From NCBI GenBank assembly GCA_963813535.1, contig CAWEZH010000002.1, positions 128,001 through 192,000 of the forward strand: a stretch of DNA of 64,000 nt. Reading direction: 5' to 3'. Of this stretch, positions 19,411-29,965 are shown in pieces. The notes beneath the pieces were generated by a model. That model had not been told where the DNA came from, did no database searches, and was given only the letters and a program-made list of their open reading frames with translations. The DNA comes from an uncultured Chloroflexia bacterium. Its GTDB lineage: Bacteria > Chloroflexota > Limnocylindria > Limnocylindrales > CSP1-4. Each line of letters starts with the position of its first letter. Positions within the stretch are counted from its first letter, which is position 1. Position numbers and translations under genes: made by a program.

Positions 19411-21000
19411 ATGCGTGCCCTGCTCGCCGCCCTTGTCGGTCTCCTGCTGCTCGCCCTCGTGGCCCCTGTCGCGACCGTCGCAGCCGCGGACTTCCCCGCG
19501 AAGGACTCTCGCTACCACTCCTACGCCGAGATGGTCGCGGAGCTCAACAAGGCCGTCGCCGACCACCCGGCGATCGTCCAGAAGTTCTCGATCGGTCAGA
19601 GCTACCAGAACCGCCAGATCTGGGCGGCGAAGATCTCGGACAACGTCGCGACCGACGAGAAAGAGCCCGAGGTGCTGTTCGACGCCCTGCACCATGCCCG
19701 CGAGCACCTGACCGTCGAACAGGCACTTGCCGTGCTGCGCTGGCTGAGTGACGGCTACACGACGAATTCGACCGTGAAGCGGCTCGTCGACACGCGCGAG
19801 ATCTTCATCGTCTTCATGGTCAATCCCGACGGCGGCGAATACGACCTCACCGGCTCCCCGTACCGCGGCTGGCGCAAGAACCGACAGCCGAATGCCGGCA
19901 GCTCGTACGTGGGCACCGACCTGAACCGGAACTACGACTACCACTGGGGCTGCTGCGGCGGATCGTCGGGCTCGAAGTCATCGAGCACGTACCGCGGGTC
20001 GCAGGCCTTCTCTGCGCCCGAGACGCGGGCCCTGCGCGACTTCATCAACAGCCGGGTGGTCGGCGGCCGCCAGCAGATCACCACCGCGATCACGTTCCAC
20101 ACGGCGGGCGAGCAGGTGCTGTGGCCGTACGGCTACACGTACGCCGACATCCCAGTCGACATGACCCGTGACGACCACGCCGCGCTGCGCGAGATCGGAG
20201 AGCGCCTGGCCGACAAGAACGGCTATCGACCGATGCAGTCGAGCGGCCTGTACATCACCGACGGCGACGAGATCGACTGGGCGTACGGCCGCCACCGGAT
20301 CTTCATGTACACCTTCGAGATGTATCCCCGTGGCGTGACCTCGCTCAGCCGGTTCTACCCGGCCGATGAGCTGATCTCGCGCGAGACGACGCGCAACAAG
20401 TCCGCGGTCCTGTACCTGATCGACGTCGCGGGCTGCGTCTACACGCCGATCGGCAAGAAGGCCACGCACTGCGGGCCGTTCAACGACGACCTCGAGATCA
20501 CGCGCGGCTGGCAGGTGAACCCGAACAGCGACGACACCGCGACCGGCGGCCGTTGGCAACGGGCCGATCCCGCCGCGACGAATTACCAGGTGAACTCGGT
20601 CACATCCGGTCGCTATGCGCTGGTGACGGGTGGGTCGGCCGGCTCCACCTCGAGTGCCAACGATGTCGACGGTGGGTCGACGTCGGTGCGCTCGGCGGCG
20701 ATCGGCCTGCCAAGCTCGGTCGGCAAGCTGACGTTCCGCTACTACCTTGCGCACGCCTCGAACGCGTCATCCGCCGACAGATTCCAGGCCTTCGTCGAGG
20801 TGGGCGGCGGCGGTGGTCGGACGCTGGTGAAGTCCGAGTCCGGCGCGGCCAACACCGACCGAGCGAGCTGGTCGTCGTTCTCGGTCTCGTTGGCGCCGTG
20901 GGCCGGTCAGACGGTCCGGATCGTGTTCGTGGCCACCGACGGAGGCGGCGACTCGGTGGTCGAGGCCGCGGTCGACGACGTGCGGATCACCCGCCCGTAG
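19411..21000 (+). CDS. secreted M14 zinc carboxypeptidase (carboxypeptidase T-like) with C-terminal beta-sandwich domain
   Basis: Signal peptide; [34 protein letters not shown]. Confidence 0.92.
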   Translation: MRALLAALVGLLLLALVAPVATVAAADFPAKDSRYHSYAEMVAELNKAVADHPAIVQKFSIGQSYQNRQIWAAKISDNVATDEKEPEVLFDALHHAREHLTVEQALAVLRWLSDGYTTNSTVKRLVDTREIFIVFMVNPDGGEYDLTGSPYRGWRKNRQPNAGSSYVGTDLNRNYDYHWGCCGGSSGSKSSSTYRGSQAFSAPETRALRDFINSRVVGGRQQITTAITFHTAGEQVLWPYGYTYADIPVDMTRDDHAALREIGERLADKNGYRPMQSSGLYITDGDEIDWAYGRHRIFMYTFEMYPRGVTSLSRFYPADELISRETTRNKSAVLYLIDVAGCVYTPIGKKATHCGPFNDDLEITRGWQVNPNSDDTATGGRWQRADPAATNYQVNSVTSGRYALVTGGSAGSTSSANDVDGGSTSVRSAAIGLPSSVGKLTFRYYLAHASNASSADRFQAFVEVGGGGGRTLVKSESGAANTDRASWSSFSVSLAPWAGQTVRIVFVATDGGGDSVVEAAVDDVRITRP

Positions 21001-21018
21001 GAGCCAACGCGCCGCTCG

Positions 21019-21972
21019 TTACCGCATCGGCTCGGTCTTGCCGTAGACGTCGCGACTGATCTGGTAGGCGTGCGCCTCGAGCGCGAGGGCCATGTCGTCG
21101 AACTTCGCCAGTGCCGCGCCGCGAACCACCGCGGTCGACTTCAGTTCGAGCTCCTCGACCGAATCCGACTCCCCCCGCCAGCCGACGCGGATCTCGCCGA
21201 CGCCGCGGGCGTATGACTTGAGTTGGAAGATGCCCTCCTCGTCCAGGCTCGACTCGGCGAACCGGTCGACGTCTGTGTAGCAGCCGGTCAGCACGCAGTC
21301 CGAGATGCCGGCGGCGTCGAGCCGGCTGAAGTCGGACCAGCCGACTTCGGGCCCCAAGCCCTGGAAGTACGTCCCTGGGTGGCTATCCGGGTCGGCGAAC
21401 ATCATCACGCCGGGCTTGGCATCGGCGAGGCCGGCGATCCAGGTCGGTGCGTCGACGACCTCGCCGTCCTCGAGCTCCTCTGGATGCTCCCCGAAGAACC
21501 AGACCGTGCCCTCATCGTCCTCGGCGTAGAACGCGATCTCCTTCTCGACGAGCTCGCCCTCATTGATGTCCTCGATCCAGACGACAGCGGTGGGCACGCC
21601 ATCGATGACCTTGGTGAGGTGGGTGACCGTCACCGTGATCCGATGCGGCGTTCGCTCGCCCTCCTCGATCAGCACGCCGTCGAAGATCCAACGGCGCCCG
21701 GCGAGGAGCGGCAACCACTCGTTGTCGATCGTCACGGGATGCGTGAAATGGGCATGGTCGAAGTCCGCCAGCGACGGCACGAGCGGGTCGATCGACGGTG
21801 TCGGTTCAGCGGTGGCGGTGACGCTCGGGACGGGCGACGGACCGGTCTGCGGCAGCGTCGGTGCTGCTGACGGAGCGGGCGGCGCCGCCGCGGTCGATGG
21901 CTGCGTCGCCGGAGCGCGACTGCATGCTGCAAGCAGGATGATTGACGACACAGCGGCGCCCACGGCGCGCAT
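21019..21972 (-). CDS. lipoprotein of unknown function
   Basis: Lipobox LLAAC; Pro-rich linker; IDNEWLPL...GTVWFFGE. Confidence 0.75.
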   Translation of the reverse strand: MRAVGAAVSSIILLAACSRAPATQPSTAAAPPAPSAAPTLPQTGPSPVPSVTATAEPTPSIDPLVPSLADFDHAHFTHPVTIDNEWLPLLAGRRWIFDGVLIEEGERTPHRITVTVTHLTKVIDGVPTAVVWIEDINEGELVEKEIAFYAEDDEGTVWFFGEHPEELEDGEVVDAPTWIAGLADAKPGVMMFADPDSHPGTYFQGLGPEVGWSDFSRLDAAGISDCVLTGCYTDVDRFAESSLDEEGIFQLKSYARGVGEIRVGWRGESDSVEELELKSTAVVRGAALAKFDDMALALEAHAYQISRDVYGKTEPMR

Positions 21973-22107
21973 GCCCGACCGACCCATCGGAACCCCCACT
22001 TTCCCCTCACGTTCAAGACGGCGAGCGTCTTATCGACATCTTCGTCCTGGATCAACCAATTAGCCCGTCGTCTTCACACGATCGGTGCGAGTACGCACCA
22101 CTGATTT

Positions 22108-23232
22108 TCAGATCGGCAGCGCAGCCCGGAACGTTGTTCCGGCACTCCCCGTTTCCTCCACTTCCAGGGTGCCGCCGTGGGCCATCACGAGATGGCGGGC
22201 GATGGCCAGGCCCAGGCCCGACCCGGTCGAGTCGGCACCCTTCGCGAATCGCTCGAAGACGTGTGGCAGGAGATCGGGATCGATGCCCGGGCCGGTGTCG
22301 ATGACCCGGAGCACGACGCGATCGTCCGTCACCTCGCCACGGACCACGACGGAGCCACCGGACGGCGTGTGCCGGACGCCGTTCGCGACCAGGTTGGAGA
22401 GCACCTCCCGGATCCGGACCGGGTCGACGTCGAGGATCGGGAGATCACTCGGGACATCGGCCGTGACGGTCACTCCGGCCGTGCCTGCGGCGCCCGCGAA
22501 CGACCGGACGACCTCCACGACGAGCAGGTCGAGGTCGGTCGGCTCGCGATGGAGCGGGAGCGTGCCGGCCTCCGACAGGGCCACGGTCCGGAGGTCGTCG
22601 ATGAGCCGCTCCATGACCCTGGTCTCCTCGAGGATCGCGGCCAGGTGCGCCTCGTCGGCCGGGTGGACGCCATCGATCATCGCCTCGAGGTTGCCGGAGA
22701 TGACGCTGAGTGGCGTGCGCAGCTCGTGGCTCACGTCGTTGAGCAGGGTGCGTCGCTGGTCCTCGTTGCCCTGGAGGCGTTCGACCATGGTGTTGAAGCC
22801 GCGCACGAGCTGACGGACCGGGCGCCAGCCACGGGACGGTGACGACACGCGGGTCGTGTAATCGCCCGCTTCGACCCGACGGGTGGCGTCGACGAGTGAA
22901 TCGAGCGTCCCGGCCGACCGCCGGAACCCGCCGCTCACAGCCACGAGGGCGGCGATCACGATGACGATCGCGACGACCACCGGGATCGGTCCGAGAGTCG
23001 AGAAGGCCGTGGCGATGGTCGTGATGACCGCCCAGACGACCACCAGGAACACGATCGCGAACACGCAGCCGAAGAATGGCCGCGGCCGGCCGCGCCACTC
23101 GCCGCCCCATTCGCCGGCGCGTCGACGGCGCCACATCTCGCGGCGATAGGCTCGCCAGTCCTCGGGTTTGCCATCGCCGGGGGCCCAGGGCGGACCGGTG
23201 CCGCTCCCCGGGGAGCTGTCGCGGTCCGTCAT
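22108..23232 (-). CDS. HAMP-domain sensor histidine kinase (BaeS-like)
   Basis: Two TM, HAMP, SHELRTPL, NLVANG, DTGPGI, GSGLGLAI. Confidence 0.95.
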   Translation of the reverse strand: MTDRDSSPGSGTGPPWAPGDGKPEDWRAYRREMWRRRRAGEWGGEWRGRPRPFFGCVFAIVFLVVVWAVITTIATAFSTLGPIPVVVAIVIVIAALVAVSGGFRRSAGTLDSLVDATRRVEAGDYTTRVSSPSRGWRPVRQLVRGFNTMVERLQGNEDQRRTLLNDVSHELRTPLSVISGNLEAMIDGVHPADEAHLAAILEETRVMERLIDDLRTVALSEAGTLPLHREPTDLDLLVVEVVRSFAGAAGTAGVTVTADVPSDLPILDVDPVRIREVLSNLVANGVRHTPSGGSVVVRGEVTDDRVVLRVIDTGPGIDPDLLPHVFERFAKGADSTGSGLGLAIARHLVMAHGGTLEVEETGSAGTTFRAALPI

Positions 23233-23915
23233 CGATCGTCCGCCAGCCGATAGCCGACGCCATACACCGTCAGCACGTAGCGGGGTTGGCGCGGATCCGG
23301 CTCGAGCTTGCGGCGCAGGTTCTTGATGTGCGAGTCGATCGCCCGCTCGTAGCTCTCGAACGCGACTCCGTGGAGCGCGTCGAGCAGCTGGCTGCGCGTG
23401 AAGATGCGACCGGGCTGACGGGCCAGGGTCGCAAGGAGCGTGAACTCGGTCGGGGTGAGGTCGACGGTGGTGCCGGCCACCTCGGTCCGCATCCGCGGGA
23501 CGTCGAGCGTCAGCTCCCCGACGCGGATCTGATCCGACGCATCGACCGGTCGGTCGGTCCGGCGGAGGACTGCCTTGATGCGTGCCACGAGCTCACGCGG
23601 TGAGAACGGCTTGGTGAGGTAGTCGTCGGCCCCGAGCTCGAGGCCGAGCAGCTTGTCGAGCTCGTCGTCGCGCGCGGTGACCATCACGATCGGCATCGAA
23701 CCGTCGCGCCGCAGCTCACGGGTCACGTCGAGGCCGTCGAGCCCAGGCAGACCGAGATCGAGCACGACGAGATCGGGTCGATCGCGCTTCGCCGAAGCGA
23801 GCGCCGCAGGTCCGTCGGCCGCGGTGATCACCCGGAAGCCGGCGTGCTCGAGATAGTCGCGTGCCAGCTCCACGATCCGTGGCTCGTCGTCGACGACGAG
23901 GATGGTTCGACTCAT
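23229..23915 (-). CDS. OmpR/BaeR-family response regulator
   Basis: ILVVDDE, LDLGLP, GADDYLTKPF, YERAIDSHIKNLRRKLE, TVYGVGY. Confidence 0.95.
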   Translation of the reverse strand: MSRTILVVDDEPRIVELARDYLEHAGFRVITAADGPAALASAKRDRPDLVVLDLGLPGLDGLDVTRELRRDGSMPIVMVTARDDELDKLLGLELGADDYLTKPFSPRELVARIKAVLRRTDRPVDASDQIRVGELTLDVPRMRTEVAGTTVDLTPTEFTLLATLARQPGRIFTRSQLLDALHGVAFESYERAIDSHIKNLRRKLEPDPRQPRYVLTVYGVGYRLADDR

Positions 23916-23964
23916 GACTGGCTGCTCACGGTTTGCTCACGGGCTGCATCGTACCGACACGAAT

Positions 23965-23993
23965 GCGCCCTCCCGGACCGACCGGGAGGGCGC
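23965..23993 (-). terminator. GC-rich hairpin downstream of the 24011-24511 gene
   Basis: GCGCCCTCCCGG-ACCGA-CCGGGAGGGCGC perfect 12-bp stem. Confidence 0.6.
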
Positions 23994-24010
23994 GGGGTGT
24001 CGGGACCGAC

Positions 24011-24511
24011 CTAGGCGGGCCTGTCGGTCGGAGGCGTGGTGCCCCCGCTCGAGGTCGATCCTGAGGAGTCCCCGTGTGCCTGGCGATGCCAGTCGTCGAA
24101 GGTCTCCTGGAATCGACCGCGATGGTCGTGGTCGCCCCACTTGCCGGGGCCGCCGGGTCCGCCGGGGCCTCCCGGGCCGCCCCAATAGCCTGGGCCGCCC
24201 CACCGACCGCCGCCCCAGCCGCGACCCCGCCAGAAGACGGCGCGCAGCAGGCCGATGATCAGGAAGATGACGAGCAGGGTGCCGAGGAACCCGAAGATCG
24301 AGAACCCGTGGCCCCAACCCGGGCCGTACCCGTAGCCATACGCGTAGGGATAGGCCGGAGCGACCGGCGTGACGACCGTGCCGTCCGGGGCGTTGGCGGC
24401 CGCCGTGGTGATGGCGGTCGACAGCCCCGCCTGGTAGGCCGCTTGAGCGATGAACCCACCGCCGACGACGATCGCCGCGACGATGAGGAGTCCGATGAAG
24501 AGATTGCGCAT
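24011..24511 (-). CDS. Gly/Tyr-rich two-TM membrane protein
   Basis: AAAGGAG RBS; two TM; YGYGPGW and GGPGGPG repeats; FDDWHRQAH tail. Confidence 0.8.
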   Translation of the reverse strand: MRNLFIGLLIVAAIVVGGGFIAQAAYQAGLSTAITTAAANAPDGTVVTPVAPAYPYAYGYGYGPGWGHGFSIFGFLGTLLVIFLIIGLLRAVFWRGRGWGGGRWGGPGYWGGPGGPGGPGGPGKWGDHDHRGRFQETFDDWHRQAHGDSSGSTSSGGTTPPTDRPA

Positions 24512-24609
24512 GTGTGCGTGAGCTCCTTTCTGTGTCGGATGCTCGCGCCGGAATGTGGAGTGGGCATGGAGTCCATCGGGAGGGCTCGGGTCGTCGCCGA
24601 AGTCGTCCG

Positions 24610-24760
24610 GTGATGCATATTTCTCGGCGCCGGGCGAACCCTTCCTCGGCGATGACTATGGGCCGCATCGCGGCTGCGGTTGGTTATCGTCTGTCTTGAT
24701 GCGGCCCAAGGTCATCAGTCGCCAAGGGTCGCGTTGGCGCCGGCCAGAAACATGCATCAC
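24610..24760. repeat. palindromic intergenic repeat, full copy
   Basis: GTGATGCATATTTC...GATGACTATGGGCCGCATC...GATGCGGCCCAAGGTCATC...GAAACATGCATCAC. Confidence 0.8.
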
Positions 24761-24769
24761 GAGGTAGCC

Positions 24770-24979
24770 GTGACGACACCGACCGACGATCCCGGCGTTC
24801 TCGGTGGGAAGAACCTGCCGATGTGCCCGCTCTGCGGCAACGCCACGTTCCGTCAGGAGGAGGGCAAGTTCGACAGCGCCTGGGGCTTCACCGCGCATCG
24901 GGTCACGATGCTGGTCTGTGAGCGCTGCTCGTACATCCTGACCTTCTACGAAGGCAACACGATCTTCGACTTCGATTGA
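24770..24979 (+). CDS. small zinc-ribbon protein
   Basis: CPLCG...CERC; GAGG RBS; stop overlaps the glpK start. Confidence 0.7.
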   Translation: MTTPTDDPGVLGGKNLPMCPLCGNATFRQEEGKFDSAWGFTAHRVTMLVCERCSYILTFYEGNTIFDFD

Positions 24980-26493
24980 ACGCGCCGCGGTCGCTCGTCG
25001 CCGCCATCGACCAGGGGACGACCAGCAGTCGATGCCTCCTGTTCGATCACGACGGGCAGCCGGTCGCGAGCCACCAGCTCGAGCACCGGCAGATCACGCC
25101 AAAGCCGGGTTGGGTCGAGCACGACCCCGACGAGATCATCGAGCGCGTCAACGCCTGCGTCCGGATCGCGCTCCGCGAGGCCGACGTCAACGCGACGGCC
25201 CTTGCCGCGGTCGGTATCAGCAACCAGCGCGAGACGACCGTCGTATGGGATCGGCGGACCGGTCGACCGGTCCACCCCGCCGTCGTCTGGCAGGACATGC
25301 GCACGGCCGATGCGGTCGGACGCATCGCCGCCGCGGAACCCAACGGCGTGGATCGCTACCGGGCCACGACCGGGTTGCCGGTGTCGACGTATTCGAGTGC
25401 GCTGAAGCTGCGCTGGATCCTCGATCACGTCGACCGCGACCCGGCCGAGCTGGCCTTCGGCACGATCGACTCGTGGGTCCTGTGGCAGCTCACCGGTGGC
25501 CTCGATGGCGGCGTCCACGCCACCGACGTGACCAATGCCAGCCGCACGATGCTGATGGATCTCGAGTCGCTCGACTGGGACCAGTCGATCCTCGACGAGC
25601 TCGGGATCCCTCGGTCGATGCTGCCGGAGATCCGAGGCTCATCGGAGGTCTACGGCACCGGCGTCGGCGATCTCGACGGTGTGCCGATCGCGGGCATCCT
25701 CGGTGACCAGCACGCGGCGCTGTTCGGCCAGGCCTGTTTCGAGGCCGGGGAGGCGAAGTGCACCTACGGGACCGGCGCGTTCATGTTGATGCACACCGGC
25801 ACCGTGCCGGTCCCCAGCACGCACGGGCTGATCACCACGGTCGCTGCGCGGCTCGGTGGTCCAGGCACGCCGGCCACCTACGCCCTCGAGGGGTCGGTGG
25901 CCGTCGCGGGCTCGCTCGTGCAGTGGCTGCGGGACGACCTCGCGATCATCGATTCGGCCGACGAGATCGAGCCGCTCGCCCGTTCCGTGCCGGATTCGGG
26001 TGATGTCGTGTTCGTACCGGCGTTCTCAGGCCTGTTCGCACCGCACTGGCGGCCCGATGCCCGGGGCGTGATCGCCGGTCTGACCCGGTTCTCGACCAAG
26101 GCCCACATCGCACGGGCCGCGCTCGAGGCGACGGCCTATCAGGTGGCCGATCTGGAGGAGGCGATGGCCGCGGATCTGGGGGCGCCACGGAACGGGGAGC
26201 TGCGGGTCGACGGTGGGATGACCCGGAACGAGCTCCTGATGCAGATCCAGGCGGACATCCTGGGGAGTGTCGTGGTCGCGCCGGCCATCACCGAGATCAC
26301 GGCCCTCGGCGCGGCCTACGCCGCGGGACTCGCGGTCGGCTTCTGGCGGGACCTCGACGAGCTGCGGTCGATGGCCGTTGCGACGCGTCGATGGGAGCCT
26401 CGGATGTCCGAGCGTGACCGCGCCGCCGCTCTGGCTCGATGGCACAAGGGGGTCGAGCGCTCGCTCGGTTGGGCTGAACCCGCTATCGACTGA
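24976..26493 (+). CDS. glpK: glycerol kinase
   Basis: [46 protein letters not shown]. Confidence 0.96.
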   Translation: MNAPRSLVAAIDQGTTSSRCLLFDHDGQPVASHQLEHRQITPKPGWVEHDPDEIIERVNACVRIALREADVNATALAAVGISNQRETTVVWDRRTGRPVHPAVVWQDMRTADAVGRIAAAEPNGVDRYRATTGLPVSTYSSALKLRWILDHVDRDPAELAFGTIDSWVLWQLTGGLDGGVHATDVTNASRTMLMDLESLDWDQSILDELGIPRSMLPEIRGSSEVYGTGVGDLDGVPIAGILGDQHAALFGQACFEAGEAKCTYGTGAFMLMHTGTVPVPSTHGLITTVAARLGGPGTPATYALEGSVAVAGSLVQWLRDDLAIIDSADEIEPLARSVPDSGDVVFVPAFSGLFAPHWRPDARGVIAGLTRFSTKAHIARAALEATAYQVADLEEAMAADLGAPRNGELRVDGGMTRNELLMQIQADILGSVVVAPAITEITALGAAYAAGLAVGFWRDLDELRSMAVATRRWEPRMSERDRAAALARWHKGVERSLGWAEPAID

Positions 26494-27386
26494 CCGCGAC
26501 CGGCTGTTGGGCGAGCTGCTGGTCGAGGGCCACGGCCGCATCGACGATCCTGTCCGGCAGTCGTAGGACCGAGGCCGGCAGGTCGGCATGGGCCACTCCG
26601 GCCCCGCCGGCGGCGACCAGCACGCCTCGCAGGTCGCCCACCGCTTCCGCGACGCCCAGCGCTGTCGCCCCGTCGTCGAGGGTGGGGATCCCGACCACCA
26701 CGCCACGTGCCCCGGTCACCTGGGCCGCATCGATCCAGCTCGTCTCGGGCACATCGGCTCCGAGATACACGACGCCGATCCCGCGCCGCCGGGCAGCCGT
26801 CGCGAACGCAAGCGCACCGAGCTCGTGCCGGCTCCCCGGTGGGAGGCCGACAAGGACGGGATATTCGACATCGAGCCGGGCAGCTGCCTCGAACGCGGCC
26901 GACAACCGGCGAAGCGTCGCGTGGCTGGCGGCATGCTCCGCAGCGACCGACACGCTGCCCGCCGCCCAGGCCTCGCCGAGCGCGCGGAGCGCGGGCATGA
27001 CCCGCTCGTCGATGACTCGCTCGAACGAGCCGGCTGCGAAGAGCTCATCAAGGACGGCCTCGACACGGCCCTCGTCCAGGGCAGCCGCCGCGGCCACGAA
27101 TGCCGCAGAAAGCTCGGCCGCGGAGATGTCATAAGGCCTCGCCTGGGTCGGGGCAGGAGAGGCAGGGACGCCGTTCGTCTCGATCTGGTGCGCGGCCTGG
27201 CTCGCTGACCAGCCCGAGTCGATGAGCGAGCGCATGGCCCGCAGGCGGTCGATCGTCGCGTCGTCATACAGGCGATAGCCGGACGGAGGTTCGCTCCGGC
27301 CGGACGATGCCGTAGCGCCGCTCCCAGGCGCGCAGCACCTCGACGCTGACACCCGCGCGTGACGCGGCTTCCCTGATGGTGTACAT
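26483..27386 (-). CDS. CarH/LitR-like MerR regulator with cobalamin-binding domain (apparent frameshift near 27300)
   Basis: MYTIREAA...[12 protein letters not shown]; W-x9-EH ([12 protein letters not shown]); RHELG; YLGADVP. Confidence 0.88.
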
Positions 27387-27416
27387 GGTCTGTCGAGGAT
27401 ATCACGTCGAAAAGCC

Positions 27417-27475
27417 TTGACAAGCCTTACCTGCGCAGGGTAAAGTCTCGACGAACCCTATACACAGGGTAAACA
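27417..27475 (+). promoter_or_regulatory. sigma70 promoter followed by a CarH-type 11-bp direct-repeat operator
   Basis: TTGACA-18bp-TAAAGT; TCGACG/TATACA/TAAACA at 27448/27459/27470 (11-bp period). Confidence 0.6.
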
Positions 27476-27515
27476 GCAGCAGGCCCGGGGTACCGGGCGC
27501 AGCAGGAGTGGAGAC

Positions 27516-27767
27516 ATGCAGTATCTCAAGGCCCTCGCCCTTCTTCTCGTCATCGTCGGCGGTCTGAACTGGCTTCTTGTCGGGATCGCCCAGTTCGATC
27601 TTGTCGCAGCCATCACCGGAGCGACGTTCGGTGAGACCAACGCCATCTCGTCGGTGATCTACGTCCTCGTGGGCATCTCGGCCATCGCCCTGATCCCGAC
27701 CTTGTTCGAGTGGGTGACCGCGGACGCATCGGCGCGTTCGGACGCAACGGTGACCACCGCCCGCTGA
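27516..27767 (+). CDS. DUF378 family small membrane protein
   Basis: LVIVGGLNWLLVGI..FDLVAAI..G...IYVLVGISA. Confidence 0.9.
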   Translation: MQYLKALALLLVIVGGLNWLLVGIAQFDLVAAITGATFGETNAISSVIYVLVGISAIALIPTLFEWVTADASARSDATVTTAR

Positions 27768-27801
27768 ACCATGTTCGCGTCATCCCGACGCGCCTCTTCC
27801 C

Positions 27802-27842
27802 AACGACCCGCGGGTTCGCTCACCCGCGGGTCGTTTCCTTTC
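27802..27842 (+). terminator. intrinsic terminator
   Basis: AACGACCCGCGGGT-TCGCTC-ACCCGCGGGTCGTT followed by TCCTTT. Confidence 0.7.
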
Positions 27843-27914
27843 CAGGTATATGCGGTTGCAACGTCGGCGGGGCTACGGTGGTCGGGCCCGGACACCACGC
27901 ACCGAGGAACCGTC

Positions 27915-28865
27915 ATGACATCGACCCTACGACGCCTCGCCATGCTCGTCGCGCTGGCGATGGGCCTGTCGTTGGCCCTCGCGCCGGCCGTCGCCGCGCA
28001 CGATGGCCACGACACCGACGATCTCCCCGCCCGCATCGACCTGCCCGATGGCTGGCAGCCCGAAGGCATCGAGTCGTGGGGCAAGTGGCTGTACGCCGGG
28101 TCGCTGGCGAACGGCGCCATCTGGCGCGCGAATGCCAGGACCGGGGAGGGGCAGATCCTCGTTCCGGGCCAGACCGGCAAGGTGGCGGTCGGCCTGCACA
28201 TCGACCGCTGGGGTCGGCTGTGGGTCGCCGGCGGCCCGACCGGTGAGGTCCGGGTCTACAACGCCCGGAACGGGAAGCTGCTGCAGACCTACACGTTCAC
28301 CGGCACGGGCTTCCTGAACGATCTCGACATCGCCCGCAACGCTGTCTACGTCACAGACTCGATGAACCGCCACCTGGCGGTCATCCCGTTGCGCAGCCAT
28401 GGTCGACTGCCGGCTCCCTCGAAGGCGCATCTGATGCGGCTGAAGGGCGACTTCAAGCTCGAGCCCGGCTTCAACCTGAACGGCATCGCGAGCCGTGCTG
28501 GCTGGCTCGTCACGGTCCAGTCGGGGACGGGGTTCCTGTTCCGTGTCAACCCGCGCAGCGGTGTCACGAAGCGGATCGACACCGGTGGCTACCTCGTGAC
28601 CAACGGCGACGGCCTCGATTTCCGTGGCCGGACCCTGTACGTCGTCCGCAACTTCTCGAACCTGGTCGCGGTGCTTCGGGTCTCGAAGAACCTGCGGCAC
28701 GCCCGACTCCAGGGTGAGATCAAGCCGGCGACGCCGAGCGTGGTCGACGTGCCGACGACGGCGACGACCACACTGGGCGCCCTATGGGTGGTCAACTCCC
28801 GGTTCGCGACGACGCCCGGCCCGGACGTCGACTACTGGATCACGCGGTTGCCATTGCGTCCGTAG
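27915..28865 (+). CDS. secreted SMP-30/gluconolactonase-like beta-propeller protein
   Basis: Signal peptide; PEGI, FLNDL, YVTDS, NGI, GDGL, VPTT. Confidence 0.82.
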   Translation: MTSTLRRLAMLVALAMGLSLALAPAVAAHDGHDTDDLPARIDLPDGWQPEGIESWGKWLYAGSLANGAIWRANARTGEGQILVPGQTGKVAVGLHIDRWGRLWVAGGPTGEVRVYNARNGKLLQTYTFTGTGFLNDLDIARNAVYVTDSMNRHLAVIPLRSHGRLPAPSKAHLMRLKGDFKLEPGFNLNGIASRAGWLVTVQSGTGFLFRVNPRSGVTKRIDTGGYLVTNGDGLDFRGRTLYVVRNFSNLVAVLRVSKNLRHARLQGEIKPATPSVVDVPTTATTTLGALWVVNSRFATTPGPDVDYWITRLPLRP

Positions 28866-28903
28866 CTGCGCGTCCCTGCCGCGATTAGGCGGGGGCGCCG
28901 GGC

Positions 28904-28963
28904 GATGCACATTTCCCGGCGTCCCCGCGAAAGGTCATCGAGTGATGACCTTGGGCCACATCA
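28904..28963. repeat. half copy (A-B) of the palindromic repeat
   Basis: GATGCACATTTCCCGG, then GATGACCTTGGGCCACATCA starting 40 nt later. Confidence 0.75.
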
Positions 28964-28987
28964 GTGTCCGGGTGGCCGCGACCGGCG

Positions 28988-29893
28988 TCAGACCGGCGTG
29001 GCCTCGACCTCCGCGTCGGGCGCGACGACTCTCGGCCGCGATGCCAGGTGCTCGTGCCCGTAGCGGGCCGCGACGACCAGCGCCACGACCCAGGTCACCA
29101 GCGCGTAGAGGAACGACGCCGCACCGGTCGAGCCGATTGCTGCCGGCACGAACGCGCCGAAGTTCACAGCCGCGTGGAACAGGATGACCACGATGAGGCT
29201 GCCTCGCGTCTCGTTGAACAGCCACGTGCACAGGATCGACAAGCCGATCGTCCAGATGACGAACGCGACGATGGCGAACCCGAGCCCGGCTCCGGCGGCC
29301 GTTTCCTGCTGACCCGTGCCATGGACGAAGTAGAGCGGGATGTGCCACACCCCCCAGATCGATCCGAGGAGAACGCTCGCCTGGAACGCTGATCGCCGGG
29401 CCTGCAGCCGAGGTAGCGCGTAGCCGCGCCACCCGAGCTCCTCTTCGAGCGGTCCGCCCAAAAACACCACGCGAACGAACTCGATCATGAGGCTGCCAAG
29501 CACCGCCAGCGTGATGACAGGCATCGTCGCGCCGAAGGCGCCGACCGAGATCGCGATCGCGATGGCGACCATGCCGATGGGCAGGAGCAGGGCGATCAGC
29601 GTCCAAGTCAACGACACCCGACCGAGCGAGAAGCCGGCCAGCAGTCGCTGGAGTTCCCCTCCGCCGAGCGAGATCGCGAGGATCAGGGCCGCGATGCTGG
29701 GACCCGCGGTCGCGATGACGTTGAGGACGAGGCCCGTCGTGGTGGCGATGCTCACCGAGGTCGCCACCATGGCGGCCCAGATCACCCACGAGAATGCGAA
29801 CGTGAGCGCGAAGAACGCTCCGATCCCTCTGGTGATCAGTCCGACCCTCCCTCCTCGGTTGCGGGTCAGCGTACGCCTCCACGACAAGGCCAC
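28988..29893 (-). CDS. CPBP (Abi/CAAX) intramembrane glutamic endopeptidase; true start may be near 29840
   Basis: EELGWRG, WGVWH, FHAAVN. Confidence 0.9.
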   Translation of the reverse strand: MALSWRRTLTRNRGGRVGLITRGIGAFFALTFAFSWVIWAAMVATSVSIATTTGLVLNVIATAGPSIAALILAISLGGGELQRLLAGFSLGRVSLTWTLIALLLPIGMVAIAIAISVGAFGATMPVITLAVLGSLMIEFVRVVFLGGPLEEELGWRGYALPRLQARRSAFQASVLLGSIWGVWHIPLYFVHGTGQQETAAGAGLGFAIVAFVIWTIGLSILCTWLFNETRGSLIVVILFHAAVNFGAFVPAAIGSTGAASFLYALVTWVVALVVAARYGHEHLASRPRVVAPDAEVEATPV

Positions 29894-29965
29894 AGACGCT
29901 GCAGATCGGTCGGCCTGCTAGCCTCGGCTGGTCGGCAGTGGGGGACTCGAGCGTGGAGGTTGCCC

